From: Promethearchaeota archaeon
Lineage (GTDB): Archaea; Asgardarchaeota; Lokiarchaeia; Sigyniarchaeales; SOKP01
NCBI GenBank assembly: GCA_019058445.1
Contig: JAHPZA010000006.1
Coordinates: 416,001-480,000, forward strand
Length of the DNA stretch: 64,000 nucleotides
Direction of reading: 5' to 3'
Position numbers and translations under genes: made by a program. The notes under the pieces are model-generated. The model was not told the DNA's origin. It saw nothing but the letters and a program-made list of their open reading frames with translations, and searched no databases. Below, in pieces: positions 62,205 through 64,000 of this stretch (its first letter is position 1; every line of letters starts with the position of its first letter).

Positions 62205-62675
62205 TTAGAAACCAATTGAGTCTGGACTAAATAATTCTTTTAATTCATCGCTGATGGCTTCTTGATCGCTACTTTTTAGGTAACTTTCTAACACAGATGC
62301 AATTTTTGGTGCCCATTTTTTTATGAGAGCACGTACAAAGCCAATTTGAACATTTAGATCAGTCGCTAAACATAATACACCTTTTCCAGTTTTCACAGAA
62401 AAAATTAATCCCTTATCATATTCTGTAATTTGAGTTTTTATGTTTCCATATCCTAAAATAAGCCCTTGTTCTTCTCCAGCTGTAAAAACAGCTCCACCAA
62501 TGGCTCCAATTTTTTCAACAGAAATATCTTTGTTCCCAGAGAAGCTAAATTTAGATTGACTTAAAATAGTGAGGCCTGTATCATCGATAATAATCGCATG
62601 TTTTAATCCTGCGGTACTATTAATTATATTAGTAAGGATTTTCTTTAAAATGGCCTCGTCCTGAGAATAACTCAA
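62205..62675 (-). CDS. Roadblock/LC7 (MglB-like) protein
   Basis: AIIIDDTGL..IGAIGGAVF..LGYG..ITEYDKG..NVQIGFVR. Confidence 0.8.
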   Translation of the reverse strand: MSYSQDEAILKKILTNIINSTAGLKHAIIIDDTGLTILSQSKFSFSGNKDISVEKIGAIGGAVFTAGEEQGLILGYGNIKTQITEYDKGLIFSVKTGKGVLCLATDLNVQIGFVRALIKKWAPKIASVLESYLKSSDQEAISDELKELFSPDSIGF

Positions 62676-62912
62676 AATTACGTCAACCTTCTTAATGCTT
62701 TTCTCTTTTCTATTTTATTATGGAGAGTAATTTATATTTATTGTTTCTATAACTTATAACTTATTTATTTAAACCTAACTCTAAAATGTAGCCTAATTAA
62801 TTCCTAAATAATATAAATAAAATTTAGTATATAAATATCGATTAATCTCCCTTTTATTCTTCTGAACATCGCGAAATAATTTTAATGGTTTTTTCCTGCA
62901 TATCTATATGCG

Positions 62913-63248
62913 CTAAAATAGACCTTGAGTTTCAATAAGCTTCTTTAATTTTTTGAAGCATATAATATTTCTATAAGACTTTTCCAGTAATAACATTAGT
63001 TTTATTTCTTTTGATTTATCCAAATCTCTTTTCACCTTAAGATACCCGTTCTCTTCTATAAAGTCTCGCTTATTTGAAATTGCTGATAATGCCAATATAT
63101 TTTCTTGAATATGAAAACCTTGAGGAATTTTTGAAGCTATCATAAATCCATGGCGATCGCATAGTATTCCAGCAATAAAATTTGGAAACATTTGCTTAAT
63201 TTCAGACAGAAAATAGTTAACATCCGATTGATTAATTAATTTTTCCAA
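62913..63248 (-). CDS. Roadblock-like small protein
   Basis: AGILCDRHGFMIASKI N-terminal pattern. Confidence 0.5.
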   Translation of the reverse strand: MEKLINQSDVNYFLSEIKQMFPNFIAGILCDRHGFMIASKIPQGFHIQENILALSAISNKRDFIEENGYLKVKRDLDKSKEIKLMLLLEKSYRNIICFKKLKKLIETQGLF

Positions 63249-63370
63249 TAAACTTTCACTTAACCCATTAATTTTTTAATTAATAGGTAAAAATTAGAAA
63301 AACAAATCTTAAAATGGTATAATATGAAGATAACATGAAAAGAATCGAAAAGATAATGAGGTGTAAATAT

Positions 63371-63964
63371 TTAGTCATGATAGCTATATCGTTGTTCTTT
63401 CCAAGGATCAGCTTTATTTGAGTATCCTCCTCTCTCCCAATAGCCGAGTCTATCTTCCTTGAGGAATGTAATTTTGATAACCCATTTGGCTGATTTATAA
63501 AAATATAATTCTGGAATGATTGGTCTAACTGGACCTCCATGTTTATCATTAATTGGTTCTCCCTCATATGAAAGGGCTAACAAAGCATTATCTGTGTTTA
63601 ACCGTTCTATCGGAACTGTCGTTGTAAAACCATCATCCGCACATAGAAATTCCACAAATTTAGCGCTATCTTTAGGCTTTACTAAGTTGAATAATTTTTT
63701 AAATGAAATACCGCTCCAATTTGTATCAAATTTACTCCAAGAGGTGACACAATGGATATCTGCTATAATTTGTTTATCTTGGAGTTGATTCAATTCAGCT
63801 AGCGAAAATTTCATAGTTTTTTCAACCTCACCCTCCACTTCCAATAAATAGCTCTCTCTGTCAACAGACGGAATCCTTCCCTTTTGAAGCACTGGAAAAC
63901 GCTCCGTTAGATGTTGACCCGGGGGAAGTCTAGAATTCTCTTTATTAGCATCATTTTCATTCAT
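63371..63964 (-). CDS. Sulfite oxidase-like molybdopterin oxidoreductase (YuiH-like)
   Basis: RLPPGQ, DIHCVTSWS, HGGPVR, YKSAKW, GYWERGGY. Confidence 0.9.
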   Translation of the reverse strand: MNENDANKENSRLPPGQHLTERFPVLQKGRIPSVDRESYLLEVEGEVEKTMKFSLAELNQLQDKQIIADIHCVTSWSKFDTNWSGISFKKLFNLVKPKDSAKFVEFLCADDGFTTTVPIERLNTDNALLALSYEGEPINDKHGGPVRPIIPELYFYKSAKWVIKITFLKEDRLGYWERGGYSNKADPWKEQRYSYHD

Positions 63965-64000
63965 GATAATCTATATCCCAATTTAGTATTTATAAGTTTT

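Overview
AT-rich archaeal chromosomal segment, most likely Asgard (Lokiarchaeia/Promethearchaeota-like). This is inferred from the co-occurrence of rps26e, PAN, trmY, cdhE and many eukaryotic-signature-type proteins (Rab-like GTPase, roadblock, longin/uDENN-like, LRR and LRR-TIR). Most of the ~60 CDS are metabolic or transport genes. The main signals are missed by the ORF track: (1) rps26e is split by a 29-nt intron folding into a bulge-helix-bulge motif whose predicted cuts exactly restore the frame; (2) a 42-aa precursor with three CKCGGDC cores lies directly upstream of an RRE-radical SAM-SPASM enzyme, a candidate new RiPP system; (3) a three-hairpin H/ACA-like guide RNA has a predicted 23S peptidyl-transferase-centre target; (4) three small gene cassettes are each bracketed by an intact gene and a diverged copy of that gene's end; (5) a NikR-type operator precedes a split Ni/Co ECF transporter whose ATPase seems to need an ATT start. 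No rRNA, tRNA, CRISPR array, transposase or integrase was seen.
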